The notes under the pieces are model-generated. The model saw nothing but the letters and a program-made list of their open reading frames with translations. It made no database searches and was not told the DNA's origin. 64,000 bases of DNA, taken from NCBI GenBank assembly GCA_045863235.1, contig BTUM01000036.1:1-64000 (forward strand), in the 5' to 3' direction. Position numbers and translations under genes: made by a program. Positions 19,357 to 29,378 of the stretch are shown here, in pieces. The DNA comes from Candidatus Xenobia bacterium (GTDB lineage: Bacteria > Vulcanimicrobiota > Xenobia > Xenobiales > QWHO01). Numbering within the stretch: the first letter of the stretch is position 1; the number at the start of each line of letters is the position of its first letter.

Positions 19357-20206
19357 GTCCTGTCTCCTCCCAGTAACCCGCCACTACCCGGGGCAGCCCG
19401 GACAGGTCCGAAACCAGCCGGGTGCGGGTCAATCCTCTCTCGATCATCATGGCTTCTACCCCTTCGGACTGGTGGGGAGCCACCTCCAGGGCCAGCACCC
19501 CGCCCTCCTGCAAAAACTCGGGGGCCCGGCTCAGGATGCGCTCGATGATCTCCAGGCCGGTGCGCCCTCCGAAAAGGGCCGTAAAAGGCTCGTACTGGCG
19601 CACGTTGGGCTCGGGCTGGGGCCCGCAGTCGAGTCCCACGTAGGGGGGGTTGCTCACGATCAGGTCAAAGCGCCCGCTGACCGGAGCAAAAAGGTCGCCG
19701 ATCTTGACCTCGACCTCGGTTCGATGCAGCCGGCAGTTGCGCAGAGCCACTTGAGCTGCGTCCGGCTCGATCTCCACGGCCGTCACTTCGGCCCCCGCAT
19801 GCTCGAGAGCCAGGGTGACCGCCAGCACGCCGCTGCCGGTGCCCAGGTCGAGCACCCGCGGGCGAGTCAGGCCGCTCTTCTTCAGCGCCTCCAGGCCGAC
19901 TTCCACCAGGGTCTCCGTCTCGGGACGGGGGATCAGCACCTCGGGAGTCACCTCGAAGCGCCGTGAATAGAACTCGCGCCAGCCGATCAGGTAAGCCACG
20001 GGAATACCCTGCTCACGGAAAGCCAGCAGGCTGCGATAACGCTCCAGGGCGGTTTCGCCCAGAGGAGCATTGGAGCGAGCATAGAGCAGCGTGCGGCTGC
20101 TCTCGAGCACGTGGGCCAGCAGCACCTCGGCGTCCAGACGGGGCGAGCGCGGTCGACTCTGGCTCAGCCGCCGGGCGCCTTCGTCGAGGGCCTGGGCCAC
20201 CGTCAT
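19334..20206 (-). CDS. prmC: Release factor glutamine methyltransferase
   Basis: LIPRPETE, DLGTGSG, SNPPY; follows prfA. Confidence 0.95.
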   Translation of the reverse strand: MTVAQALDEGARRLSQSRPRSPRLDAEVLLAHVLESSRTLLYARSNAPLGETALERYRSLLAFREQGIPVAYLIGWREFYSRRFEVTPEVLIPRPETETLVEVGLEALKKSGLTRPRVLDLGTGSGVLAVTLALEHAGAEVTAVEIEPDAAQVALRNCRLHRTEVEVKIGDLFAPVSGRFDLIVSNPPYVGLDCGPQPEPNVRQYEPFTALFGGRTGLEIIERILSRAPEFLQEGGVLALEVAPHQSEGVEAMMIERGLTRTRLVSDLSGLPRVVAGYWEETGREDLGAR

Positions 20207-21276
20207 CGCTGGGCCTGCGCGAGCAGCTCTTTCTGCTCTTCGTCCTGCAGGGCCCTGATGACCGGCTCGAGGTCGCCGTTGAGCACCGAAGGGAGGTTGT
20301 GCAGCGTGAGCCCGATTCGGTGGTCGGTCACGCGACTTTCCTTGAAATTGTAAGTGCGGATCTTCTCGGAGCGGTCGCCCGTGCCCACCTGGCTGCGCCG
20401 CTCGGCGGTCAGCTCTTGCTCGGCTTTGAGCCGCTCGGCCTCGAGCAGCTTGGTGCGCAGCATGCGCATCGCCTTGTCGCGGTTCTGGTGCTGCGAGCGC
20501 TCGTCCTGGCAGGCCACCACGATGCCGCTCGGGAGGTGGGTGATGCGGATGGCTGACTCGGTCTTGTTGACGTGTTGCCCGCCCGCTCCCTGGGCCCGGT
20601 AGGTGTCCACCTTCAGATCCTCGGGCCGGATGGGGATCTCATCGACCTCTTCGGCCTCGGGCAGCACGGCCACGGTGACGGTGGAGGTATGGATCCGACC
20701 CGAGGACTCGGTTGCGGGCACCCGCTGAACGCGGTGCACACCGCTCTCAAACTTGAGATGAGAATAGGCCTCGTGGCCGGCGATCTCGAAGACCACCTCC
20801 TTGAACCCGCCCAGCTCGGTGGCGTTGTCGCTCAGGATGCTGTATTTCCAGCCTGGCTGCTTGTCAGCATAAAGGCAGTACATGCGAAAAAGCTCCCCCG
20901 CAAAGAGAGCAGCTTCCTCTCCCCCGGCGGCAGCCCGAATCTCGACGAGCACGTTGCGATCGGCATTCGGGTCGCGAGGCAGCAAGAGCCTCTTGAGACG
21001 CTCCTCGAGGCCCTCGCGCTCGGCGTTCAGGCGGGGCATCTCCTCGCGGGCCAGAGCTCCCATCTCGGGATCGACCAGCATGGCTCCCACTTCCTCGAGC
21101 TGATCGAGCAACTCGCGGTAGCGGCGAGCCACCTGGGCCAGCTCCTCCAGGGACGCGCGTTCGCGCGCCACCTTTGTGTAGGAGGCCACGTCCGACTGCA
21201 ACGAGGGGTCGCACAGCTTGCGGTCGAGCTCTTCGAACCGCCGCTCGATGTCCAGCAGTCGTTCCCTTTCCAGCAC
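20203..21276 (-). CDS. prfA: Peptide chain release factor 1
   Basis: [24 protein letters not shown]. Confidence 0.96.
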   Translation of the reverse strand: MLERERLLDIERRFEELDRKLCDPSLQSDVASYTKVARERASLEELAQVARRYRELLDQLEEVGAMLVDPEMGALAREEMPRLNAEREGLEERLKRLLLPRDPNADRNVLVEIRAAAGGEEAALFAGELFRMYCLYADKQPGWKYSILSDNATELGGFKEVVFEIAGHEAYSHLKFESGVHRVQRVPATESSGRIHTSTVTVAVLPEAEEVDEIPIRPEDLKVDTYRAQGAGGQHVNKTESAIRITHLPSGIVVACQDERSQHQNRDKAMRMLRTKLLEAERLKAEQELTAERRSQVGTGDRSEKIRTYNFKESRVTDHRIGLTLHNLPSVLNGDLEPVIRALQDEEQKELLAQAQR

Positions 21277-21291
21277 GGCCTGGGCTCCGGT

Positions 21292-21504
21292 CTACTTCTT
21301 GCCTTCCTTGGCGTAGCGCTGGCGGAACTTCTCGACCTGACCCTCGCGGGCGATGCTGCGCTGCTTGCCGGTGTAGAAGGGATGGCACTGGCTGCAGACT
21401 TCGACCTTGATCTCCTTCTGGGTCGAGTAGGTGTTGAATACTTCGGCTCCGCACACGCATTTGACGGGCGCAACAAAGAATTCGGGATGGATTCCTGGCT
21501 TCAT
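21292..21504 (-). CDS. rpmE: 50S ribosomal protein L31 (Zn-binding type)
   Basis: MKPGIHP, CVCG, CSQCHPFYTGKQ. Confidence 0.96.
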   Translation of the reverse strand: MKPGIHPEFFVAPVKCVCGAEVFNTYSTQKEIKVEVCSQCHPFYTGKQRSIAREGQVEKFRQRYAKEGKK

Positions 21505-21549
21505 GACTTACCTCGGTAACGTTTTCTGGCCCTCGAAAGAGCGCGGGGC

Positions 21550-21579
21550 ATTATAGCATTCCGACCACGACTTCGGCAA
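21550..21579 (-). promoter_or_regulatory. Sigma70-type promoter of the rpmE operon
   Basis: TTGCCG-18nt-TATAAT with extended TG on the minus strand. Confidence 0.7.
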
Positions 21580-21630
21580 GCGGGGTGGGCATCCAAGGAT
21601 TCTTTAAGTCCTCGGGCCTAGAGTGTTCCC

Positions 21631-23205
21631 ATGGAGCCCATCCGCGCCCGACCTGTCTTGCTGCCTTCGCTGCGCCTGACCGCGCCTGCCCAGGCTCCCC
21701 CCCCGCCCGAGGAGGCGCGCGAGGTTCCGGTTCTGCCGGTGGCCCTGGGGGCGGTGGGCGCGGTGGTGGCGGGGACGGCACTGGCAGGCACGGGCTGGGG
21801 GCTGGCGGCCTCGGCGGCGGGAGCGGCCATCGGAGGGCTGGTGGGACATTTTCTGCCGCGCTGGCTGACTCCGGAGGGCCCCCGGCTGATCGTTGGGCAC
21901 GTGGGCGAGCGGGAGGCCCGGCTGTGGGGTCGAGGAGATGCGAAGAACTCCGTGATGACGGCCCAGGTGCTCGACTCCGGCCGGGTGGTCTCCAGCGCCC
22001 GGGTGCAGTTGCAGGCGGAAACGGGCTACACGGGGGCTGTGACGTTGACCGGGTTGGAGCCCGGCCGCGAGTACCGCTGCCGCGTGGACTACGGGAGCTA
22101 CCAGGAGACGGGCTCGTTCCGCACCGACGACAAGAATGCCGAGGAAGTCAGCTTTCTGATGGGGAGCTGCAACAACCACCGTTTCTGGAGGCGGGGGGAG
22201 GCCTGGGAGCGGATCGAGGCCCTGGCCGAGCAGACGAAGCCGGACTTTGTGTTGCACACGGGGGATCAGATCTATGCCGACCAGCCCTATCAGAGCCACG
22301 GGCTGGAGGGCTTTCGAGGGTGCTACCGGCGGGCCTGGTCGGACCCCGAGGCGCGCGAGCTGCTCAAGGAGCACCCCAACTACATGATTTTGGACGACCA
22401 CGAGGTGGGCAACGGTTTTGCTCAGCACCAACCCCTGTCGCCAATTCGGCGGGCCTGGCTGTGGCTGAGCGGGCTCTGGGGATCAGAGCCCGCCCAGCGG
22501 CAATCGCTGCAGCGGGCCGGCCTGCAGGCTTACACGGAGTTCCAGCACAGCCACAACCCGCACCCGTTCGGGGAGGAGAAGCGTTACTACACCTTCTCGC
22601 GCGGGCCGGCCGAGTTCTTCGTGATGGACACGACCACCGAGCGAAATCCCGCCCAGGGGGAGATGATCGGCGCGGAGCAGTTGCAGCGGCTCAAAGACTG
22701 GCTCTCGACCAATCGGGATCGGCCCCGGTTCGTGGTCAGCAGCGTGCCGTTTCTGGCCGAGCAGACCTCGGAGGACCCGGAGGCGCGCTGGTCGAGCAGC
22801 GCCTTTCGCGCCCAGCGCGACGCCCTGCTCGACTTCGTGGCCCGAGAAGGGCTCAAGGGCGTTGTGTTCTTGAGCGGAGACTCGCACAACAGCTTTCACA
22901 TGGAGACCAACCTGGGCACCACCCGGGTGCACGAGCTGGGGGCCAGCCCGATCAACGGCTGGGTCTTGCGCGGACCGGAAATCTATCAGAGCAAGCGGAC
23001 CGACCGCACGGCGGCGGGAACGGGCTACACCACCGAGCTGGACAGCCAGCACTTCCTGGGCGCCAAGAGCTATGGCTCGCGGGATACTTCGGCCTGCATG
23101 CGGATACGGACGGACGGGGACGAGGTGGAATTCTCCATCCACCGCACCCACCGCGACGATGAAGGGGCACACTCCACCGGGAGGTTCTCGCTGGGGCTGA
23201 CCTGA
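21631..23205 (+). CDS. Alkaline phosphatase D (PhoD) family protein with N-terminal glycine-zipper segment
   Basis: GSCN, HTGDQIYAD, DDHEV, SGDSH. Confidence 0.88.
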   Translation: MEPIRARPVLLPSLRLTAPAQAPPPPEEAREVPVLPVALGAVGAVVAGTALAGTGWGLAASAAGAAIGGLVGHFLPRWLTPEGPRLIVGHVGEREARLWGRGDAKNSVMTAQVLDSGRVVSSARVQLQAETGYTGAVTLTGLEPGREYRCRVDYGSYQETGSFRTDDKNAEEVSFLMGSCNNHRFWRRGEAWERIEALAEQTKPDFVLHTGDQIYADQPYQSHGLEGFRGCYRRAWSDPEARELLKEHPNYMILDDHEVGNGFAQHQPLSPIRRAWLWLSGLWGSEPAQRQSLQRAGLQAYTEFQHSHNPHPFGEEKRYYTFSRGPAEFFVMDTTTERNPAQGEMIGAEQLQRLKDWLSTNRDRPRFVVSSVPFLAEQTSEDPEARWSSSAFRAQRDALLDFVAREGLKGVVFLSGDSHNSFHMETNLGTTRVHELGASPINGWVLRGPEIYQSKRTDRTAAGTGYTTELDSQHFLGAKSYGSRDTSACMRIRTDGDEVEFSIHRTHRDDEGAHSTGRFSLGLT

Positions 23206-23240
23206 TGAGCTCTGTGCGGGCCGGGCCGCCTCCAAAGCAG

Positions 23241-23252
23241 GAACCTCTGTTC
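23241..23252 (+). promoter_or_regulatory. Putative LexA (Gram-positive type) SOS box
   Basis: GAAC-ctct-GTTC abutting a GATAAT -10-like hexamer upstream of the recombinase. Confidence 0.55.
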
Positions 23253-23273
23253 GATAATTGAACATTGTTCAGC

Positions 23274-24194
23274 ATGTCGGACATGCATCGAGCCCGCGGC
23301 TACTACGTGCAAGACTTCCTGGTGCACCTGTCGGTGGAACGCACGCTGGCCCGGCGCACCATCAAGGAATACGAGATGGACCTGGCCCTCTTCTACGAGT
23401 ACCTCGAGCCTTATCTCTCCGACGATCTCCGCCTCGAGGCCGTGGACGCGCGCACCATCCGCGAATTCCTGGCCTATCTGCGTCAAGAGCGCGAATACAC
23501 CGCCAACGCCCTGAACCGGAAGATCGCCTGCCTGAAGACCTACTTTCGCTTCCTGGAGAGCGAGGGCCATCTCAAGACCTCGCCCATGCACGGGGTCAGC
23601 TCGGCCCGCGATGGCAGGCTGCTGCCCAAGGTGCTCACCCAGCCCGAGGTGGAGCAACTGCTCGAGGCCGCCCGCTCTCGCATCGAGACCGCCCCCAACC
23701 GCGAGTTCGCCTTGCGCGATCGGGCCGCGCTGGAGCTGTTCTACGCCAGCGGCATCCGCCTGGCCGAGCTGGTGGGGCTCGACCTCAACCACGTCGACCT
23801 CGAGCGCAAGAGCATGCGGGTCACCGGCAAGGGCAACAAACAGCGCTACGTCTTCATCAACGATGCCGCCGCCGGGGCCCTGCGCGACTACCTGGCGGCC
23901 CGGCCCAAAGCCAAATCGCAGGCCGTCTTCCTGAACCGCTTCGGCAACCGCCTCTCACGCCGCGCCATCGAGCTCACCTTTGCCCAGTTGATGCAGGAGG
24001 CCGGCCTGGAAAAGTCGGCCTCACCCCATACTCTGCGCCATTCCTTCGCCACTCACATGCTCGAGGGCGGATCCGACCTGGTGACCATCAAGGAGCTGCT
24101 GGGCCATTCCAGCCTCTCCACCACTCAGGTCTACACCAACCTGTCGCGCCAGAAGATGCGCGAGGTTTACGACGAGTCCCACCCGCGTTCATAA
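23274..24194 (+). CDS. XerC/XerD-family tyrosine recombinase
   Basis: YASGIRLAEL, GKGNKQR, HTLRHSFATH, LLGH..LSTTQVY. Confidence 0.92.
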   Translation: MSDMHRARGYYVQDFLVHLSVERTLARRTIKEYEMDLALFYEYLEPYLSDDLRLEAVDARTIREFLAYLRQEREYTANALNRKIACLKTYFRFLESEGHLKTSPMHGVSSARDGRLLPKVLTQPEVEQLLEAARSRIETAPNREFALRDRAALELFYASGIRLAELVGLDLNHVDLERKSMRVTGKGNKQRYVFINDAAAGALRDYLAARPKAKSQAVFLNRFGNRLSRRAIELTFAQLMQEAGLEKSASPHTLRHSFATHMLEGGSDLVTIKELLGHSSLSTTQVYTNLSRQKMREVYDESHPRS

Positions 24195-24295
24195 TTCGGT
24201 AACCTGGATTTCATCTTCCGGCAACAACGCGGCAACCATTCAGCCTGTCGAGCCGGGGCTCTCCTGCGGCATCCTGGAGGCGGAGGTGAGCGATC

Positions 24296-25030
24296 ATGAG
24301 TTCAACAATCGACAGATGCCAATCCTGGCGAAACGTGGGGCAGAGCCTGGGTCGGAAGGCCTTCCGCCCGATGGGAAAGGGGGATCATGGCCTCCGGGTC
24401 CGCAAGCTGCAGGCGGCCCTGGTGCGCTGGATGCCCGCCTGGAAGGGTAAACTGGCCGTGGATGGGGAGTATGGACCCCAGACTGCGGCCGCGCTGGCCG
24501 TCTTCAAAGCAACCTACGGGCTGGGAGTAGACGGCAACAGCCTCGACCCGAGCACGGCCAGGGCTCTGCGGTCGGTCCGAGATGGCAGCTGGTGGCGGGG
24601 TAAGGCGATGCCCCTGGCCAAAGAGCAGATTTACGAGCGGGCGCGCAAGCACGGCTTCCCGTTCGACCTCGAGCATCGACTGCGCCAGCTTCCCCCCTCC
24701 CAACTGGTGACCTGCGATGGCTTCCCCATGCAGGCGGCCACCGCCCTTCGCTGGCTCGACTTCAACCGGCGCCTGGAGATCGAGCTGCCTGGCTTCGCGG
24801 CCTACCTGACCTGTACGACTGGAGGCACCCACGCCAGCCCGGCCCACGCCGAGGGGCGAGCCGTCGACTGCGTGGTGGAGGACCCGCGCGGATACCCGGT
24901 GACCCTGGAAGAGTCCTGGCTGGCAGCGGGGGTGGCCGAGGCCTGTGGATTTTCGGTCTTCAATGAGTATGCTCACGACAGCCTGTACAAAACCGGCGAT
25001 CATCTGCACCTGGAGGCGCCGGCGCCGTGA
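24296..25030 (+). CDS. Peptidoglycan-binding domain + M15-like (LAS) metallopeptidase
   Basis: VRKLQAAL..VDGEYGPQT; HAEGRAVD and HLHLE. Confidence 0.7.
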   Translation: MSSTIDRCQSWRNVGQSLGRKAFRPMGKGDHGLRVRKLQAALVRWMPAWKGKLAVDGEYGPQTAAALAVFKATYGLGVDGNSLDPSTARALRSVRDGSWWRGKAMPLAKEQIYERARKHGFPFDLEHRLRQLPPSQLVTCDGFPMQAATALRWLDFNRRLEIELPGFAAYLTCTTGGTHASPAHAEGRAVDCVVEDPRGYPVTLEESWLAAGVAEACGFSVFNEYAHDSLYKTGDHLHLEAPAP

Positions 25031-25033
25031 AAG

Positions 25034-26452
25034 CTAAGGCTTGGAGACCAACAGCACCATGGAGCTCTCTCCCCCGCCCACCAGACCGCGCACGGTCACT
25101 CCGGGCTCGATCGACTGCTCGAAGAGCAGCGCCCCATCCCCGCCGAAAGCCCTGAGCTTGCCGGCCGAGCGGTCGAGAACGACCGCCATGGGAGGAAGCG
25201 CCTGGCTCCATCCCTGCGCATTCTCCACTTTCCACTGCTGCTGCCCGCTGAGCGGATCGAGTCCCCGGCAGCTCGACCCCTCCATCAACACCAGGCTGCC
25301 GCTCATTGCGGCCAGAAGCTCGCCCTGGACACCCTCGAGCAAGGTCTTCCCCGTTCGCAGCTCACGCACAGCCAGGCCCTCAGGGTGCCGAGTAAACAGG
25401 CGTCCTTGCTCGACCCGAAAGGCCCCCTCGTACGGCATCGACCAGAGCTTCTTCCCAGTGGTGGCCTCCAAGACAAGCAGCGACGTGCCGGAACGACCTG
25501 CCACCAGGCCCTGGTCGATCTTGACCTCTGTAAGAGGCTCAGGAAGTTGCACCGGAGACTCCAAAGCCTGGCCCGTCGCCCCGTTGAGCAGTGTCAGAGC
25601 CGAGCCATCGAGACGATAGACATGCTCGTCGAGAAGAATCTTGCCCGAATCACGCCAGAGCAACTTCCCGCTATCGGTCTCCCGGGCCAGCATCTGCCCC
25701 GAACGAGTCCGGGTGAACAAGAGCGGAGAGCGAGCCGAGACGACAAACTCCTGGCTCGTCGTCTCGACCTGCCACAGGCTGGTCCCATTGTCCACATCGA
25801 CAGCGGTCAACAGCCCAGCGTTGCTCCAAAAGACCTTCATGGCGCCGCAGGTGAAACGGTCGACGGTGGTCTCCATCTGCAGGTCCACCTCGCGCACTCT
25901 CTTTCCACGCGAAAAGAACCACACGTAGCGGCCGGTAAGCACCTCCGGCGTGGGCGTCGGCGTGGGGGTCGGTGTCGGCGTGGATGAAGCCGAGCCGGAG
26001 GCTTCGGGCGTCGGCTGGGACTCGGACCTGGCTGCCGCCGCGCTGTAGAAGCTGACCAGGTCTTGCAAAGAAAAGACCGGCAGCAGGTAGAGCTGAATCC
26101 AAAGCGGGAGAGCGAGGTTGGCTGTCACAAAGAGAAAAACTGAGGTATACAGTGGGGTCCACGGGGCATCCGACTCGCGGATGAGGCGTTCGCCCGCTGA
26201 CAGATGAACGCGCAATACATTGAGCAGAAACACTCCCCCCAGCGTGGGAAGGCCAAGAATCAGCCAGGGTGCCAGCTTGCGGTTGGCGGCGAACCAGTCG
26301 CTCAAAGGGTGCTGCAAAATGCCCGGGAGAATCAGCCAGAGCTCGTGAGCCAACCAGAAGACGGCCAGCGAGAGCAAGAAGAGCAGGAACGACAGCCAGC
26401 AGGTCGCCCGGTGCATCCCCAGTAGATAGCGCCGCAGAACGTCCTTGTTCAC
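25034..26452 (-). CDS. Membrane protein with PT linker and PQQ-like beta-propeller
   Basis: GTG start overlaps the upstream stop; three TM helices, TPTPTP linker, repeated AxDxxxG..LW blades. Confidence 0.7.
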   Translation of the reverse strand: MNKDVLRRYLLGMHRATCWLSFLLFLLSLAVFWLAHELWLILPGILQHPLSDWFAANRKLAPWLILGLPTLGGVFLLNVLRVHLSAGERLIRESDAPWTPLYTSVFLFVTANLALPLWIQLYLLPVFSLQDLVSFYSAAAARSESQPTPEASGSASSTPTPTPTPTPTPEVLTGRYVWFFSRGKRVREVDLQMETTVDRFTCGAMKVFWSNAGLLTAVDVDNGTSLWQVETTSQEFVVSARSPLLFTRTRSGQMLARETDSGKLLWRDSGKILLDEHVYRLDGSALTLLNGATGQALESPVQLPEPLTEVKIDQGLVAGRSGTSLLVLEATTGKKLWSMPYEGAFRVEQGRLFTRHPEGLAVRELRTGKTLLEGVQGELLAAMSGSLVLMEGSSCRGLDPLSGQQQWKVENAQGWSQALPPMAVVLDRSAGKLRAFGGDGALLFEQSIEPGVTVRGLVGGGESSMVLLVSKP

Positions 26453-26817
26453 CGGCGCCAGCGCTCTACCAGCAGAAACAGTGCCGCTCCAAGAGGAACC
26501 AGGCTGAAGAAGGCGTGCGTCACGGGCAGGAACCAGGAGCTGCGGAACGCCAGTTTCCGCAGATACAAGCGCAAAGCCAGAAAGAGCAGCACATTCAAGA
26601 GCATGAAAGCTGCCAGGCAGGCTTTCGGGTAGCCCAGCATCGCTCCAACCGCCAGCCGCAGGGGACTGTCCGAGAAGGCGACCACCCACATGAGGGCGGG
26701 TACGATCTGAAACCAGATGAACGTCCAGCAGACAGCAGCCAGCAAGAAGGAGCCGGCCAGGACCGTGTTGAGCAAACGCACGTCGGACAGGCCTGGAGGC
26801 AGCTTGCTTCGGGACAT
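26449..26817 (-). CDS. Small hypothetical membrane protein
   Basis: Three hydrophobic segments; stop overlaps the next start. Confidence 0.6.
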   Translation of the reverse strand: MSRSKLPPGLSDVRLLNTVLAGSFLLAAVCWTFIWFQIVPALMWVVAFSDSPLRLAVGAMLGYPKACLAAFMLLNVLLFLALRLYLRKLAFRSSWFLPVTHAFFSLVPLGAALFLLVERWRR

Positions 26818-26914
26818 TCCTGATGATTCGGGAAGATGCGCGGGGAACCTCTGAGCTGTTGACCGCTCCTGTGGTCGCTGAACTTTTTTTCAGGCACCCG
26901 GGCTACACTGACGT

Positions 26915-27748
26915 ATGCTCGTCTCCATGCGGCTTCAGAGCCCCATGCCGACGGCCCCTCTCCGGGCCGCGGCTGGTCCTGGCGACGCTGTCTCGATCGC
27001 CTACTACGACGCCGCCCGCGACCAGGCCGAGGCGCAAAGCTACTACGGCCAGGCCGGCAAGGAGCAACATCCCGCCCAGCTCTTCCTCAAGCTGAGCAAG
27101 CTGCTCGAGCGCACCCACACAACCTTCCCGGGTTACGAGCCCGCCAAGTACGTGTTCCCCCGCCTGGACCGACGGCCCGACGGCGAGCTTTCCTGCCTCT
27201 ACACCACCCGCCGGGTGTTGACCGAGCAGGGAGAGACCTGGTCGCGGCTGGCCCTGGCCAGCCCCCTCGATGCCGCCGGCCTGGGCCTGGCGGTGGCGGC
27301 CGAGGAGTCACGCCCGCGGCTGACCGCCGAGCACGTGGTGGCTCGCGACTGGTTCGACGACCGCCAGCCGATGCGGGGCGATCTGCACAACCTCTTTGCC
27401 TGCGACAAGGACGTCAACGAGGAGCGGGGCTCCACCCCGCTCGGCGAGGCCGGCCCGGACCGCATCGAGGTTCGGGGCGGCTGGCTCAGCCCCGATGGCC
27501 AGTTGTTTGAGCCTCGCGAGGGCAAGGGCCCGGCCGCGCGAGCCACACTGTATTTTCTGACCCGCTACCCGGGAGCCATCCACTGTTACGGACGCAAAGA
27601 GATCGAGACGCTCTTGCGCTGGCACCGCGAAGATCCGGTCTCCACCTACGAGCGCCACCACAACCGCGAGGCTTTCCTGCGCCAGGGCAACCGCAATCCT
27701 TACATCGACCATCCGGACTGGGCCGAGAAGATTTTCCCGCGTCCGTAG
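26915..27748 (+). CDS. Endonuclease I / extracellular nuclease (EndA/Bsn family)
   Basis: EHVV, DLHNLF, N.ERG, KGPAARATLYF, GNRNPYIDHP. Confidence 0.85.
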   Translation: MLVSMRLQSPMPTAPLRAAAGPGDAVSIAYYDAARDQAEAQSYYGQAGKEQHPAQLFLKLSKLLERTHTTFPGYEPAKYVFPRLDRRPDGELSCLYTTRRVLTEQGETWSRLALASPLDAAGLGLAVAAEESRPRLTAEHVVARDWFDDRQPMRGDLHNLFACDKDVNEERGSTPLGEAGPDRIEVRGGWLSPDGQLFEPREGKGPAARATLYFLTRYPGAIHCYGRKEIETLLRWHREDPVSTYERHHNREAFLRQGNRNPYIDHPDWAEKIFPRP

Positions 27749-27965
27749 CCGGCTCTCGGCCCGCAGGATCTCCAGAAGCCCCACCCATTCGTATGCCCCC
27801 CCTGCATCCCCTGGCAGGTAGCCGGACGGCGGCCCCACGGGCTAAACTGGGGACAGTCAAGGTTCGAGAGAACACCCGCGACCGGAGTCGATCAGGGACC
27901 CGCGCCCTCCCCAGCTCAGACCCTGGACCTGAACCGGATGCGGAAATGACCAACCCACCTCTGAC

Positions 27966-27991
27966 GGGCGCTCCAGGGCGCCCTTCTTTCT
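27966..27991 (+). terminator. Intrinsic terminator-like hairpin
   Basis: GGGCGC-tccagg-GCGCCC followed by TTCTTTCT. Confidence 0.55.
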
Positions 27992-28187
27992 ATGGACAGC
28001 CCGTGAACAGACTGCGGTTCCCAAGAGAGTCTCGGACGACCTGGCGGAGCCTCCCGACCGGCCGGTTGTGCGCCCGATCACAGACTCGAAACCGCCAGTC
28101 GAGTACACTGCAACCTGGGGAAGCCCGGCGTGAGAGAACAGGGGAACAACCCACCAGGCCGGGATCAAGAGTCGGGGGAGCACCACC

Positions 28188-29378
28188 TTGCACACCGACA
28201 CCCAGCATACCGTAAGGCCGGCGCAGTCGCTGCTGATTCTGCTGGCCGCAACCCTGACCGCGTTGCATCTGTGGCAGACCCGGGCGGTCGACGACGAGCT
28301 GCGGCGCCAGGCTCAGCTCGCCATGTTGAGCGCCCAGGTCTCGAGCCAGCCCGAGGCTGAGCGCTCGATCCAATCGACCGAGGAGATCGCCAGGCAAGCC
28401 GAAGGCATCCGCCAGCGGGTGAGCCGCTGGGCTCGCCTGGAAGGCATTCTCCTGGCCGCCCTCACGCTGCTGCTCTGTCTGCAGGCCATCCGTCGACGGG
28501 GCCCCAACCCGGAGGTGCTCGAGCGCCAACTCGATCAGCTCGAGGATGCCGGGCGTGACCTGTTGCGCCGGTTCCACGAGGTCGACCGCAGCCACCGGAA
28601 ACTGAAAGCCGACCTGTCGGCAGCTGGACGGATGCAGCGGGCCCTGCTTCCCCAGCATCCTCCTCGGCTCCCGGCGGTCGAGGTGGGCTGGATGTTCACC
28701 GCTTGCTCTCACGTGGCCGGAGACATGTTCAACGTCTTTGCCCTGGACGAACGCCGTCTCGGGGTATGGGTCCTGGATGTCTCGGGCCACGGGGTGCCGG
28801 CCGCGCTGCTCTCGGTGACGGTCAGCCGGGTGCTGCATCCCAACCCTCGCCAGGGCGGGCTTCTGCGCCGCCCGAAGCTGGGAGCGCCGGGGGGCTCGGA
28901 GCTGGTTTCCCCGGCCCAGGTAGCCCGCGAGCTCAACAGGCGTTACCCTCAAAGCCACGTGGCCGGCCTCTACTTCACCCTGGTCTACGGCATCCTGGAT
29001 ACCGTTTCAGGCACCTTCACCTACGTCCGGTGCGGTCATCCTCCCCCGCTGCTGGCCACCTCCGGACAGGTGCGGGCCATCGACTCGGAAGGATGCCTGC
29101 CGCTCGGAATCCTGGACAGCTCAGAATTCCACGACGAAGTGGTGCAGCTGTCGCCGGGCGACCGGCTCATCCTCTACACGGACGGGGTGACCGAGTGCTC
29201 GGGTCCGGATGGGGAGTTTGGCGAGGAACGCCTGCAGGCCATCCTGGCCGGTCGCAGGGGCCGGGGAGCCGTGGCCCTGATGGAGACCCTCAAGGCCGAG
29301 CTGGCCCGCCACTCGTCAGGGCGGCCGCGCGACGACCAGACGGCCGTCTGCCTCATCTGGAGGCCTCGCCATGGCTGA
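28188..29378 (+). CDS. Membrane-anchored PP2C/SpoIIE (RsbU-like) phosphatase
   Basis: VAGDMF, DVSGHGVPAAL, YTDGVTE, DDQT; two N-terminal TM segments; start uncertain. Confidence 0.88.
   Translation: MHTDTQHTVRPAQSLLILLAATLTALHLWQTRAVDDELRRQAQLAMLSAQVSSQPEAERSIQSTEEIARQAEGIRQRVSRWARLEGILLAALTLLLCLQAIRRRGPNPEVLERQLDQLEDAGRDLLRRFHEVDRSHRKLKADLSAAGRMQRALLPQHPPRLPAVEVGWMFTACSHVAGDMFNVFALDERRLGVWVLDVSGHGVPAALLSVTVSRVLHPNPRQGGLLRRPKLGAPGGSELVSPAQVARELNRRYPQSHVAGLYFTLVYGILDTVSGTFTYVRCGHPPPLLATSGQVRAIDSEGCLPLGILDSSEFHDEVVQLSPGDRLILYTDGVTECSGPDGEFGEERLQAILAGRRGRGAVALMETLKAELARHSSGRPRDDQTAVCLIWRPRHG

Noticed and set aside
23274..24194. Integron integrase (LexA box plus tyrosine recombinase)
   Set aside because: Lacks the IntI-specific insertion before the HxLRH box; no attC array seen; sequence is XerC/D-like
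27843..28030. 6S RNA or a known riboswitch
   Set aside because: Some CCCACC/GAACC-like words are present, but the long 6S rod and known aptamer consensus could not be built by eye
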